Origin: a virus
Lineage: Duplodnaviria; Heunggongvirae; Uroviricota; Caudoviricetes
Length of the DNA stretch: 15,043 bases
Reading direction: 5' to 3' (one strand)
IMG/VR virus record: IMGVR_UViG_2541047845_000008
Part shown: positions 8,111 through 15,043 of the stretch, one piece after another
Numbering within the stretch: position 1 is the stretch's first letter
Layout of the letters: every line of letters begins with the position of its first letter
Notes under the pieces: generated by a model
What the model was told of the DNA's origin: nothing
The model's input: the letters and a program-made list of their open reading frames with translations, nothing else
Databases searched by the model: none
Made by a program: the position numbers and the translations under genes

Positions 8111-8521
8111 TCAGAACGGAATATCATCACCGTAAGGGTCATCGCCTCCCGCTGGTGGCTGATTACCCTGTGTGCCTGTGGTCTTGCGTCGGCTCCCACC
8201 AGGTCGCGCCGTTCTGGCACTGATTACGCTGTCTGCAATAACCTGCCAGCCCTGCCGCGTTTCCCCGTTCTGTCCGGTCCACTGGCTGACCTGCATCGTG
8301 CCGGATACGCTGGCAACGTCGCCTTTTTGATGTTTAGCCAGGAAGTCGGCCTGCTTACCAAATGCCATCACCGATAGCCATAACGTAGCCTGCCCATCCT
8401 GCGCCTGACTACATGGCAACGATACCGCCATACGTGCCAGCGTCATTGGTGTGCCCTTGCTGGTCTGTTTTACCTGCGGGTCGTCCACCAGCCGCCCGTA
8501 AGCTGCTATCTGTGCTGTCAT
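8111..8521 (-). CDS. ssb: Single-stranded DNA-binding protein
   Basis: 136 aa; OB-fold-like core (AAYGRLVDDPQV ... W..V.AFGKQADF ... KGD.V.V.G ... W) and the hallmark acidic C-terminal tip ...GGDDPYGDDIPF. Confidence 0.85.
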   Translation of the reverse strand: MTAQIAAYGRLVDDPQVKQTSKGTPMTLARMAVSLPCSQAQDGQATLWLSVMAFGKQADFLAKHQKGDVASVSGTMQVSQWTGQNGETRQGWQVIADSVISARTARPGGSRRKTTGTQGNQPPAGGDDPYGDDIPF

Positions 8522-8775
8522 GATTCCACCTCTCCGGTTTTAACGTTGATGGTTGTTACCTGTTCCGCTTCGGCAATCTCCCGTTCTGTCAGCGTGGCAA
8601 AGTTTGCCGCCGCCGTGGTCATGAATGCGCTTATCAGGTCGGGATGTGCTTTCGCGTATCCTTCCCCCGTGTTGCGGTCGATGATTTTTATCGCCACTCT
8701 CAGCCAGTGCTCTGTAAGGTCAATGGCGCGGTTATGCTGCTTCTTCTGATTATTAAGTTTTCCTGATGTGCGCAT
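8518..8775 (-). CDS. Hypothetical protein (85 aa)
   Basis: ATG at 8775; stop overlaps the ssb start. Sits between the origin iterons and ssb. No family recognised. Confidence 0.5.
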   Translation of the reverse strand: MRTSGKLNNQKKQHNRAIDLTEHWLRVAIKIIDRNTGEGYAKAHPDLISAFMTTAAANFATLTEREIAEAEQVTTINVKTGEVES

Positions 8776-8823
8776 TTTTATTTTTACCCCCTCGTTTAAA
8801 AAGTTTTGAGTTGTGCCTCCCCT

Positions 8824-9050
8824 TGTCTACCTTATCTACCTTACTGGCTCTCATGCCAGTAATGGCGCGGCTTTCAGCGGGGTAGAGTGCTTTTATCCAC
8901 TATCTACCCCGTATCTACCTCCCTGTCTGATTCAGGTAAAATCAGGTAGAGAGGGTAGATAGTAGGTAGACAGTGAAAAAAGGCTGTCTACCTAAGTTAA
9001 TATACTGAATTAAATGTATTTTTCTTTACTCAGGTAGACAGGGTAGACAG
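8824..9050. repeat. Iteron array and AT-rich segment: putative replication origin
   Basis: Eleven copies of an octamer with core TCTACC / GGTAGA in a non-coding stretch just 3' of the primase gene. Forward copies (TGTCTACC or TATCTACC) at about 8824, 8833, 8901, 8912, 8985; inverted copies (GGTAGA-CA/TA/GA/GT) at about 8881, 8945, 8954, 8965, 9033, 9043. An AT-rich spacer (about 8994-9030) is flanked by inverted iterons. Confidence 0.7.
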
Positions 9051-9063
9051 CCATTGCAAAAAA

Positions 9064-10818
9064 TTATAAAAACGCGTCGCAATCGTCTGTTGTTATTGCG
9101 TTAGTCTGCGTTACTCCCTTAACTTTCCGCGTAATATATTCATGTCCGTAAACTTTCGCGGCTGGCTTCATAGCCTTGCCAAAGTCATTTACGTTTAGCG
9201 GTTTGCTCCTGCCTGCGTATGCCATAAACGCCAGATAGACGCGGTAAAGGCTGTTCCTGGTCGTGTACTTCACTGAATCGCCACCGCCCCCCATCATCAG
9301 GCCGCGCGCTTCCTCCAGAAAATTCAGGAACTGGCAAAACTCAATAACCGGATCCGTCTGTTGCTTTATTGCCAGTGCTTCATCACCGTCACGCTGTTCC
9401 AGTAGTAAAGCCCGTGCCTTCTCAGGGTCGGTAAAGTTCGCCAGCAATCGGCGGATAATGACAGGGATTTCAGCCGCAATCTTTTCCGGTAGCTCCCTGT
9501 CTTTTTCGGCCTCACTGACGATATTGTCGAAACGGAAAATTACGCGACGACGTGACACACCTCCGGCCCGTTCGGTGAATATCATCGGATTGTTATTGGT
9601 TGCCAGCACCACCGCCCTGATTACCGCCGTAAAACGCTTTTCATATTTCGGGTTAATTTCCACGGGGTCGCCGCCCGTGATTTTCTTGATGCCCGTTCCT
9701 TCGCCTGTATATTTCGGCTGGTCAGCCAGGACGATAAGACGACTCCCGACAACCTGCGCACGTCCACCAGCATCATCAAGCGATGTCATTTCAGCGCTTA
9801 CCGTGTTCTGTTTCCCTGCCAGAAGGCTGGCTATGTGCGTGAATGTACTTTTACCGCTCCCGCCATCTCCGGTGGCCTCAATAAACATCTGCCAGTCGTA
9901 CCGGTTCGCCATAATCATGTACAGCGCGGCACATATACGCATCATCTTGCGCGGGTCTTTTCCGGCTGCGTGCTCAAGCCATTTATGAAAGTTTGGCGCG
10001 TTATCGCGGATGTTCTCCCCTGGTGCTGGTGGCGTGTACTCAATGCCGTTGTGCGTGGTGATCCAGTTCTCCGGCGTGTGCGGGGAAAATTCCCCCGTTT
10101 TCAGGTCAAGCGCACCATTGGCGAACGGCAGCAAATCGCCGGACGGCTCGCCCATTGGTTCGGCAATAACTTTTAACGCTTCCACGGCGTTATTGATTAC
10201 GCGCTTGCTGAAAGTGGCCCTGTGCTCTGAATAGATCGCCACCATTTCGCGGCTAAGTTCCATTGTGCTGACCGGACACCATACCCCGCCGCGCCATACG
10301 TGAACGATTTCACTTTCAGGATGTACGCAAACGCCATCAAAGCGATCGGCAAGCAGCTGCGCGCGCTCACTGTCCGCCATCTGCGAAAGTTGCGCCTTTT
10401 GCTTTACCGGAAGCTCAATGACCAGACCATCAGAAAGATTCTGGCGCTCACGGGCCAGATATTCGCGCCAGTTCTCCACCTTCTGACCGTGCATACCCTC
10501 AGGATAAAAATTTGCATCCTGTACGCCTGCCGCCGCCAGCTTCTGGCCAATCGCCTTTATCATTACTGGCGCAAGATATCCGGCCCTGAATATGCGCACG
10601 GATTTTCTGCCTTCCGGCACAATTTGCAGCTTATCCAGTTCTGATAACTGCTGCTCCCCAAGCCACACAGGAGGCTCATTATCTCCGGCCATACGCGCAT
10701 CATGTTCCTGCCATTGTTTCGCGTGTGCCCAGGCATCACTACCCGCAAAAATAATGACTTCTGTTCCTTTGTGTTTTATGCCGCGTGACTGCTGTTTTAC
10801 GTTCGGTGCCAGTTTCAT
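9064..10818 (-). CDS. DNA primase/replicase, P4 alpha-like family
   Basis: 584 aa with Walker A GDGGSGKST and surrounding NTPase motifs; architecture resembles satellite primase-helicases. Its ATG overlaps the stop of the upstream small gene (ATGA). Confidence 0.85.
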   Translation of the reverse strand: MKLAPNVKQQSRGIKHKGTEVIIFAGSDAWAHAKQWQEHDARMAGDNEPPVWLGEQQLSELDKLQIVPEGRKSVRIFRAGYLAPVMIKAIGQKLAAAGVQDANFYPEGMHGQKVENWREYLARERQNLSDGLVIELPVKQKAQLSQMADSERAQLLADRFDGVCVHPESEIVHVWRGGVWCPVSTMELSREMVAIYSEHRATFSKRVINNAVEALKVIAEPMGEPSGDLLPFANGALDLKTGEFSPHTPENWITTHNGIEYTPPAPGENIRDNAPNFHKWLEHAAGKDPRKMMRICAALYMIMANRYDWQMFIEATGDGGSGKSTFTHIASLLAGKQNTVSAEMTSLDDAGGRAQVVGSRLIVLADQPKYTGEGTGIKKITGGDPVEINPKYEKRFTAVIRAVVLATNNNPMIFTERAGGVSRRRVIFRFDNIVSEAEKDRELPEKIAAEIPVIIRRLLANFTDPEKARALLLEQRDGDEALAIKQQTDPVIEFCQFLNFLEEARGLMMGGGGDSVKYTTRNSLYRVYLAFMAYAGRSKPLNVNDFGKAMKPAAKVYGHEYITRKVKGVTQTNAITTDDCDAFL

Positions 10819-11114
10819 TTTTTACCCCTGAATCCTTTAATCATGGTTTTCATCTTCTGAATATTGGCGCGTGCTTTCTCCCTGCTGGTGGGCACGTTAC
10901 GCGGTACGGCCTGCACAAGAGAAAAATCACGGTCGAACTGATAAACAGGCATCACGCAATCATATTCGTAGCCTTCACGACGGTAGGTTACGCGCCGTTC
11001 CTCCACGCCCTTAATCATTACCGTGCCGCCGTACTTATCGCGGTAAATATCACCGCGCATGAATTTAGTGCGAGTTTTGCCACTGGCAGTTAAGCCAGAA
11101 TATTTAAGTTTCAT
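10815..11114 (-). CDS. Hypothetical basic protein (99 aa)
   Basis: ATG at 11114; translationally coupled to the primase gene. No family recognised. Confidence 0.55.
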   Translation of the reverse strand: MKLKYSGLTASGKTRTKFMRGDIYRDKYGGTVMIKGVEERRVTYRREGYEYDCVMPVYQFDRDFSLVQAVPRNVPTSREKARANIQKMKTMIKGFRGKK

Positions 11115-11119
11115 TATTT

Positions 11120-11353
11120 TTATTCTCCGGTGTGGGGCGCTTTATACTGGTCGTGTAATGTCTCTATTTCCTGCAACTCATTTATTACAGGCTCAAGAAG
11201 CGTTATTAATGCCGTGACAATCCTTGATTTCTGTTTATCACGTTCATTATCTCCAAGCGTTTCAAGACATATGCGCAATATTTCCAACATATTTTCACTG
11301 TGAGAAAGTGCAAGAAATGCGCGGTCTATTGTTTCGTGGTAAATATCACGCAT
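11120..11353 (-). CDS. Hypothetical acidic protein (77 aa)
   Basis: ATG at 11353 with GGGGA Shine-Dalgarno, immediately after the stop of the upstream gene. No family recognised. Confidence 0.5.
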   Translation of the reverse strand: MRDIYHETIDRAFLALSHSENMLEILRICLETLGDNERDKQKSRIVTALITLLEPVINELQEIETLHDQYKAPHTGE

Positions 11354-11354
11354 A

Positions 11355-11576
11355 TTAATCCCCGTCCGTCGTTTTTCTTAAAATAACCTCTGTCACGAAA
11401 TCAGCATAATCGGCGGCGATATTCAGTACATCAAGCACCGTTGATTTATATTCTCTCGTGGAAAGTAAGAAAAAAGCCGCTCTAATAAGTTCTGGCATTG
11501 ACGAAAGCGCATCAGCCGCATCATCAGGAACGCCGGAAAATTCCTGTTTCAGGGAATTAAAACGATTATCACGCAT
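11355..11576 (-). CDS. Hypothetical acidic protein (73 aa)
   Basis: ATG at 11576 with GGGGGG Shine-Dalgarno; overlaps the upstream gene by 8 nt. No family recognised. Confidence 0.5.
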   Translation of the reverse strand: MRDNRFNSLKQEFSGVPDDAADALSSMPELIRAAFFLLSTREYKSTVLDVLNIAADYADFVTEVILRKTTDGD

Positions 11577-11934
11577 GTTTACCCCCCTGAATGACCTGAT
11601 AACCGCAACTGGTCAGCAACTCGATAAATTCCGGCAGTGTGCCGAAACAGCAATCATCACGCAGCCGTTCGCAGGATACCTCGACGCCGTTTTCGTAGTG
11701 ACTCACCATACATCCGGTAAAATGCAGATCATCATCGTGATGGCTCGTTGACGGCTTAATCAGTCGCGCACGTTCCGCCAGTTCCAGCAATGCTTCAACG
11801 CTTCCGGCAATTGCACCATCCGGCAGGTGATAATTACGCACTATGCGCCCGTTCTCCACATTGACCAGCAACTGCCCGGTAAATTTCTCGTCAAACTGAA
11901 TGCTGTTAAGGTCAGAAATTGACAGGTTATGCAT
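11569..11934 (-). CDS. Hypothetical protein (122 aa)
   Basis: Preferred start is the ATG at 11934, preceded by a perfect AGGAGG Shine-Dalgarno at 6-nt spacing (the track ORF extends to 11952). Cys/His-containing; no family recognised. Confidence 0.55.
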   Translation of the reverse strand: MHNLSISDLNSIQFDEKFTGQLLVNVENGRIVRNYHLPDGAIAGSVEALLELAERARLIKPSTSHHDDDLHFTGCMVSHYENGVEVSCERLRDDCCFGTLPEFIELLTSCGYQVIQGGKHA

Positions 11935-12151
11935 GGTGCACCTCCTGCACATCAGCCATGATAATTTTTCCGGCCTTATCCAGTGCCTGATCGGCTTTTA
12001 GCTGCACAAATGCTAAATAATGGAAGATGCATTCTGATTCTCTGGCTGCGTGTTTATGCGCCCTGTCAGCAATAACAGAAATATCAATCAGCGCATGCAT
12101 TAGCGTTATGATGGCTTCGGCGGCTGCGTCCGGACGGGTGTTATTGCACAT
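11927..12151 (-). CDS. Hypothetical protein (74 aa)
   Basis: ATG with GGAGG Shine-Dalgarno; overlaps the downstream gene by 8 nt. No family recognised. Confidence 0.5.
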   Translation of the reverse strand: MCNNTRPDAAAEAIITLMHALIDISVIADRAHKHAARESECIFHYLAFVQLKADQALDKAGKIIMADVQEVHHA

Positions 12152-12347
12152 GGCACACCTCCTGACGAATACGGGCAGCGAATACCATCACGCAGCCAGC
12201 CGGGGATTGCTGGCGTGCTTCCTGTTCGCTGGTGGCCTCAATGGTAATCACGCGCGGTTGTGCCGTGCTCAGGGCGATAAAACGCCAGATGTATTTATTC
12301 AGGTTGTGCGAATCCCGCCCTTGCGGGTGTGTGGTATGATTTAACAT
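12141..12347 (-). CDS. Hypothetical protein (68 aa), first gene of the leftward operon
   Basis: Only the 3' 68 codons of the 354-aa track ORF are plausible: ATG at 12347 with GAGGT Shine-Dalgarno, just downstream of the predicted leftward promoter. The rest of that ORF runs antisense through the regulatory region. Confidence 0.4.
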   Translation of the reverse strand: MLNHTTHPQGRDSHNLNKYIWRFIALSTAQPRVITIEATSEQEARQQSPAGCVMVFAARIRQEVCHVQ

Positions 12348-12443
12348 AGCTACCTCGATACTTTCGCTATCGTTGGTGGTTAGAAGCCCCGTTACTGCTC
12401 CTACAGTGCGGGGTTTCGTCGTTTCTACACCTTGCCTTAATAA

Positions 12444-12497
12444 GGTGTTGAACACCAATTTAAATCGAGGTGTTAAACACGTCAAGTGTTGAACACT
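12444..12497. promoter_or_regulatory. Three palindromic operator-like sites in the divergent control region
   Basis: GGTGTT-G-AACACC (12444-12456, perfect), GGTGTT-A-AACAC (12469-12480) and AGTGTT-G-AACACT (12485-12497, perfect); centre-to-centre spacing about 25 and 16 bp, between the leftward operon and the rightward small regulator gene. Confidence 0.6.
12457..12485 (-). promoter_or_regulatory. Candidate sigma70 promoter of the leftward operon
   Basis: On the minus strand: TTGACG (-35, plus 12485-12480), 16-17 nt spacer, TTAAAT/TAAATT (-10, plus about 12463-12457). Operator sites overlap the -35, spacer and start region. A rightward candidate (TTGAAC at 12489-12494, 17 nt, CATACT) lies back to back. 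Confidence 0.4.
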
Positions 12498-12546
12498 TAT
12501 TTTTTTTCCTGCATACTGCATTTGTTTTTTATGAAGGGTGCTCAAC

Positions 12547-12726
12547 ATGGCGACAAAAGCAGTAAACGCAAAATCACAAACAGTTGCGGCAAGGGTTCCA
12601 CATGAAGTTATGAACAATGTTGAGGCGGTAAAAATGCCCGGCGAAAGTACAGGGCAGTTTGTTACAGCTGCATTAAAGCGGGAAGTTGAATACCGCCAGC
12701 GTCGCAAGGCCAAAGAATCAGAATAA
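12547..12726 (+). CDS. Small ribbon-helix-helix-like DNA-binding protein (putative island regulator)
   Basis: ATG at 12547 with AAGGG Shine-Dalgarno (the track starts on GTG at 12538). The pattern beta-strand (QTVAARVP), helix (HEVMNNVEAV), turn (KMPGES), helix (TGQFVTAALKREVEY), then a basic tail fits the RHH (Arc/CopG-like) fold. Encoded next to the operator array. Confidence 0.5.
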   Translation: MATKAVNAKSQTVAARVPHEVMNNVEAVKMPGESTGQFVTAALKREVEYRQRRKAKESE

Positions 12727-12783
12727 TCACTATCAGCGCCGTGGCGTGAGGTACTCCGGCGCATTGCTTTACAGGTCAGTACT

Positions 12784-12993
12784 ATGAGCAAAAAACACCG
12801 ATCAGCAGATGAGATTTTTGCAGAACAACGAAGATTGCTTTTGCAAAGTATCATTTCACGCCAGCAAGAGAAGGCGCGAGCTAAACAAATGCCACCAAAT
12901 ACAGAACCAGCGCCTACAAGATTTGCGCTTGATGACTTTCTCGATAAACACCCCAGGGTAATGAAAGCAAACAAAAACCGCCCACCAGGCTGA
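12784..12993 (+). CDS. Hypothetical protein (69 aa)
   Basis: ORF downstream of the RHH gene on the same strand, followed by a strong terminator. No family recognised. Confidence 0.4.
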   Translation: MSKKHRSADEIFAEQRRLLLQSIISRQQEKARAKQMPPNTEPAPTRFALDDFLDKHPRVMKANKNRPPG

Positions 12994-13088
12994 TCACATT
13001 GCCCACCAGCCTGATAGCGGCTATCATCCCCGTGCTTATGTTTGAGATCACACACACAAACGGCGCAGCGGGTTATCTGTTCAGAAAG

Positions 13089-13116
13089 GCGGCTCCATTT
13101 CGGGGCCGCTTTTTTT
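13089..13116 (+). terminator. Rho-independent terminator of the rightward regulatory transcript
   Basis: GC-rich stem GCGGCTCC / GGGGCCGC (8 bp including one G-U) with loop ATTTC, followed by T7 (13110-13116). Confidence 0.6.
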
Positions 13117-13262
13117 ATTCCTGAAAAACCCCAATTTTGTTGTTTTTCAGTTTCACCAGGGCGAACGAATCCCCGCCCACGTTCTGGCGTATATTCAATC
13201 TTCATGGTTATAGCTCTGTGTTCAGATGATTGATGTGTGGCGGCTGCGTGCCGCCAGCGTGA

Positions 13263-13451
13263 TTAATGAACTGCCTTGCAGCTATCCTTCCAGGCCAGAA
13301 CCTCGGATAAAGACCAGCCAACGGAACGACCGCCAAGTTTACGACGTGATGGGAATTGTCCGGCCTTTTCCAGGCGGTAGCGACACGTACGGCTAAGGCC
13401 GGTTAGTTTTTCGCATTCTTTTTCACGTATAAACCGATCAGTGCTTAACAC
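13263..13451 (-). CDS. alpA: AlpA-family transcriptional regulator / excisionase-like protein
   Basis: 62 aa; motif EKLTGLSRTCRYRLEKAGQFPSRRKLGGRSVGWSLSEVLAW is the characteristic AlpA helix-turn-helix signature. GTG start with AAGGGGG Shine-Dalgarno; directly downstream of int. Confidence 0.85.
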   Translation of the reverse strand: MLSTDRFIREKECEKLTGLSRTCRYRLEKAGQFPSRRKLGGRSVGWSLSEVLAWKDSCKAVH

Positions 13452-13825
13452 TATTGCCCCCTTTCGTTTCTTAAAGAGTTATTTCGTGTTCTATTGCGTT
13501 GGGATGTGTCTGATTGTGTCAGGATGATTCAGAGTTGGCAAATGTTGAGGCCGTATGGTTTACAGAAAGAGGAATAATCAGGATAAAATCATTTAATTTC
13601 ATGTTAATACAAAGGCATAAAATATTGTTTCATGCCTTTTTTCTCGCTATTTAAAGAGTGATTCGCTAGTGTATAAAAAACCAGCAACACATTAAAAATC
13701 AGCTACTTATAAATCCGTACACTTTTTCGCCTCTTGTTCGTAGTTGTTCCGCATTGTTGCTCATTGTTGCACGTTGTATCTGTTCGCATATCCAGTATGC
13801 GCATACTGAAAAAACACGAAAAAAA

Positions 13826-15043
13826 TTATTTTCTTCTGGCTACTGGTAGCGTGGTTACGTTTTCATGTGTTCCCGCCAGTATCCCTAACCGCTCCGTCCA
13901 CATATCCAGCGCATTGCGTTTAGCATCCAGATAACGGGAATGATTATAAACTCGCTGCATTCCTGGCATCTGGTGGCCTGTAAGCTGCTCCACGACATGC
14001 GGATCAACGCCTAAATCGTTCAGCATGGTTGTAAAGGTGCGCCGGATGTCATGCAGTGACCAGTGAGGGTGATTAAGCCTCCTGTGCACTAATCTGCCGT
14101 ACTGCGATACGCTGGCCTCCTGTTTCACTTCCCCCAGCAATAAGCCCGTGTGCCTGTTCTGCTCCACCAGCTGCGTGACGAACGGCAGGATCGCTTCCGG
14201 TATGGGCCGGAATATTGCGACCTTCGTTTTGCTGTGCTCCTTCGGAACGGTCCATAGCATTTCCGTAAAATCCCACTCCCCGATCTCCGATAACCTCAGT
14301 TCTACCGTTCTGGCTCCGAAGACAATCAGGAGGCGGATTAACGCGACGTAGTAAGGGGAAAATATTTTTTTGTCCAGTGCCTGCAATAATTCGCCAAGTT
14401 CTTTGTTACTTAAGACACGTTCGCTTATATCCGGTTTTTTCCCAACGTCCGCCACGTTCAGATCGTCCAGAACGTTGCTGATTGCATAGCGCCGCCTACG
14501 GCAAAACTTAAGCGCCTGTTTGCACGCCTGTAGCACGAATCCGGCAGTAACAGGCGTTCGCTTTGCCACCTGGTCAAAACAGGCCAGCCAGTGCCGTAGC
14601 TCGCATTTATCCAGCGGCATAGCACCAATCTGCTGTATTACGTGATTATTAAGTCGCCTTTTCAGGGCGATATAATCCACGCGGTTTTCCTTTACGTAAT
14701 ACTCAAGCCAGTAGGTGAGCGCATCGCCAACCGTTACCGGCTTTAACGCTTCCTGTACGGTGTAATTAAGCTCATGACGTGGATTTTTCCCCTCTGCCAG
14801 CCATGCGCGACACTGGGCGGCTTTTTCCCTGGCTGATTTCAGGCTCAGATCAGGATAATTTCCCAGCTTAATGCGTTCCGGTGGTGCCCCCCTTCCCGTT
14901 CCGGCCCTGTAAGTGAAATACCAGGTCAATTTCCCTGATGTTAAATATTTCACGCTCAGGTTTCCGCCATCACTATAAAACGTGTTTTTCTCCGCTGGCT
15001 TACCATGAAGTTTCCTTAGCAAGGTATCGCTCAGTTTGTTCAT
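13826..15043 (-). CDS. int: Tyrosine recombinase, P4-type integrase
   Basis: 405 aa; N-terminal arm-binding-like region, core-binding domain, and catalytic C-terminus with R ... HDIRRT ... and YNHSRYLD (catalytic Tyr region). Its ATG is the last three bases of the window, so its upstream region and the adjacent att site are outside the window. Confidence 0.95.
   Translation of the reverse strand: MNKLSDTLLRKLHGKPAEKNTFYSDGGNLSVKYLTSGKLTWYFTYRAGTGRGAPPERIKLGNYPDLSLKSAREKAAQCRAWLAEGKNPRHELNYTVQEALKPVTVGDALTYWLEYYVKENRVDYIALKRRLNNHVIQQIGAMPLDKCELRHWLACFDQVAKRTPVTAGFVLQACKQALKFCRRRRYAISNVLDDLNVADVGKKPDISERVLSNKELGELLQALDKKIFSPYYVALIRLLIVFGARTVELRLSEIGEWDFTEMLWTVPKEHSKTKVAIFRPIPEAILPFVTQLVEQNRHTGLLLGEVKQEASVSQYGRLVHRRLNHPHWSLHDIRRTFTTMLNDLGVDPHVVEQLTGHQMPGMQRVYNHSRYLDAKRNALDMWTERLGILAGTHENVTTLPVARRK

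Noticed and set aside
12386-12412. CCCCG...CGGGG inverted repeat in the 5' leader of the leftward operon
   Set aside because: Only a 5-bp stem with a 17-nt loop; too weak to call a regulatory RNA structure or terminator from sequence alone.
12141-13205. 354-aa minus-strand ORF in the track
   Set aside because: It runs antisense across the operator array and both plus-strand small genes and has repetitive low-complexity composition. Only its last 68 codons (12141-12347), with their own ATG and Shine-Dalgarno, are kept as a gene.
13611-13646. Hairpin AAAGGCAT-(13 nt)-ATGCCTTT with flanking T-run between int and alpA
   Set aside because: Could be a terminator for int or an antisense transcript, but the stem is AT-rich with a large loop and the U-tract is on the strand with no upstream gene, so it was not called.
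1-15043. Scan for CRISPR arrays, tRNA or rRNA genes, and IS elements
   Set aside because: No spaced direct-repeat array, no tRNA-like cloverleaf region and no transposase-like ORF were seen. The tRNA or att site often found next to P4-type integrases would lie beyond the right edge of the window.

Overview
The window is almost entirely one integrated mobile element that looks like a phage satellite of the capsid-forming PICI type. It carries a P4-type tyrosine integrase and AlpA at the right end, then a divergent regulatory switch, then one long minus-strand operon. That operon holds six small unknown genes, a P4-family primase with an iteron origin just 3' of it, an SSB, a PerC-like regulator, and a complete HK97-type head and packaging module (major capsid, prohead protease, portal, head closure, gp6-like connector, HNH endonuclease, terminase small and large subunits). 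No tail, lysis or lysogeny-repressor genes of a full phage are present. At the left end (nt 1-165) sits what I recall as the 5' end of the host AI-2E transporter gene tqsA/ydgG, cut off after about 46 codons, which suggests the element sits inside a protein-coding gene. All family assignments come from reading the translated ORFs, not from a database search. One line of the printed sequence (starting 12121) is a base short, so coordinates I derived myself may be off by 1-2 nt; ORF-track coordinates are used for CDSs.
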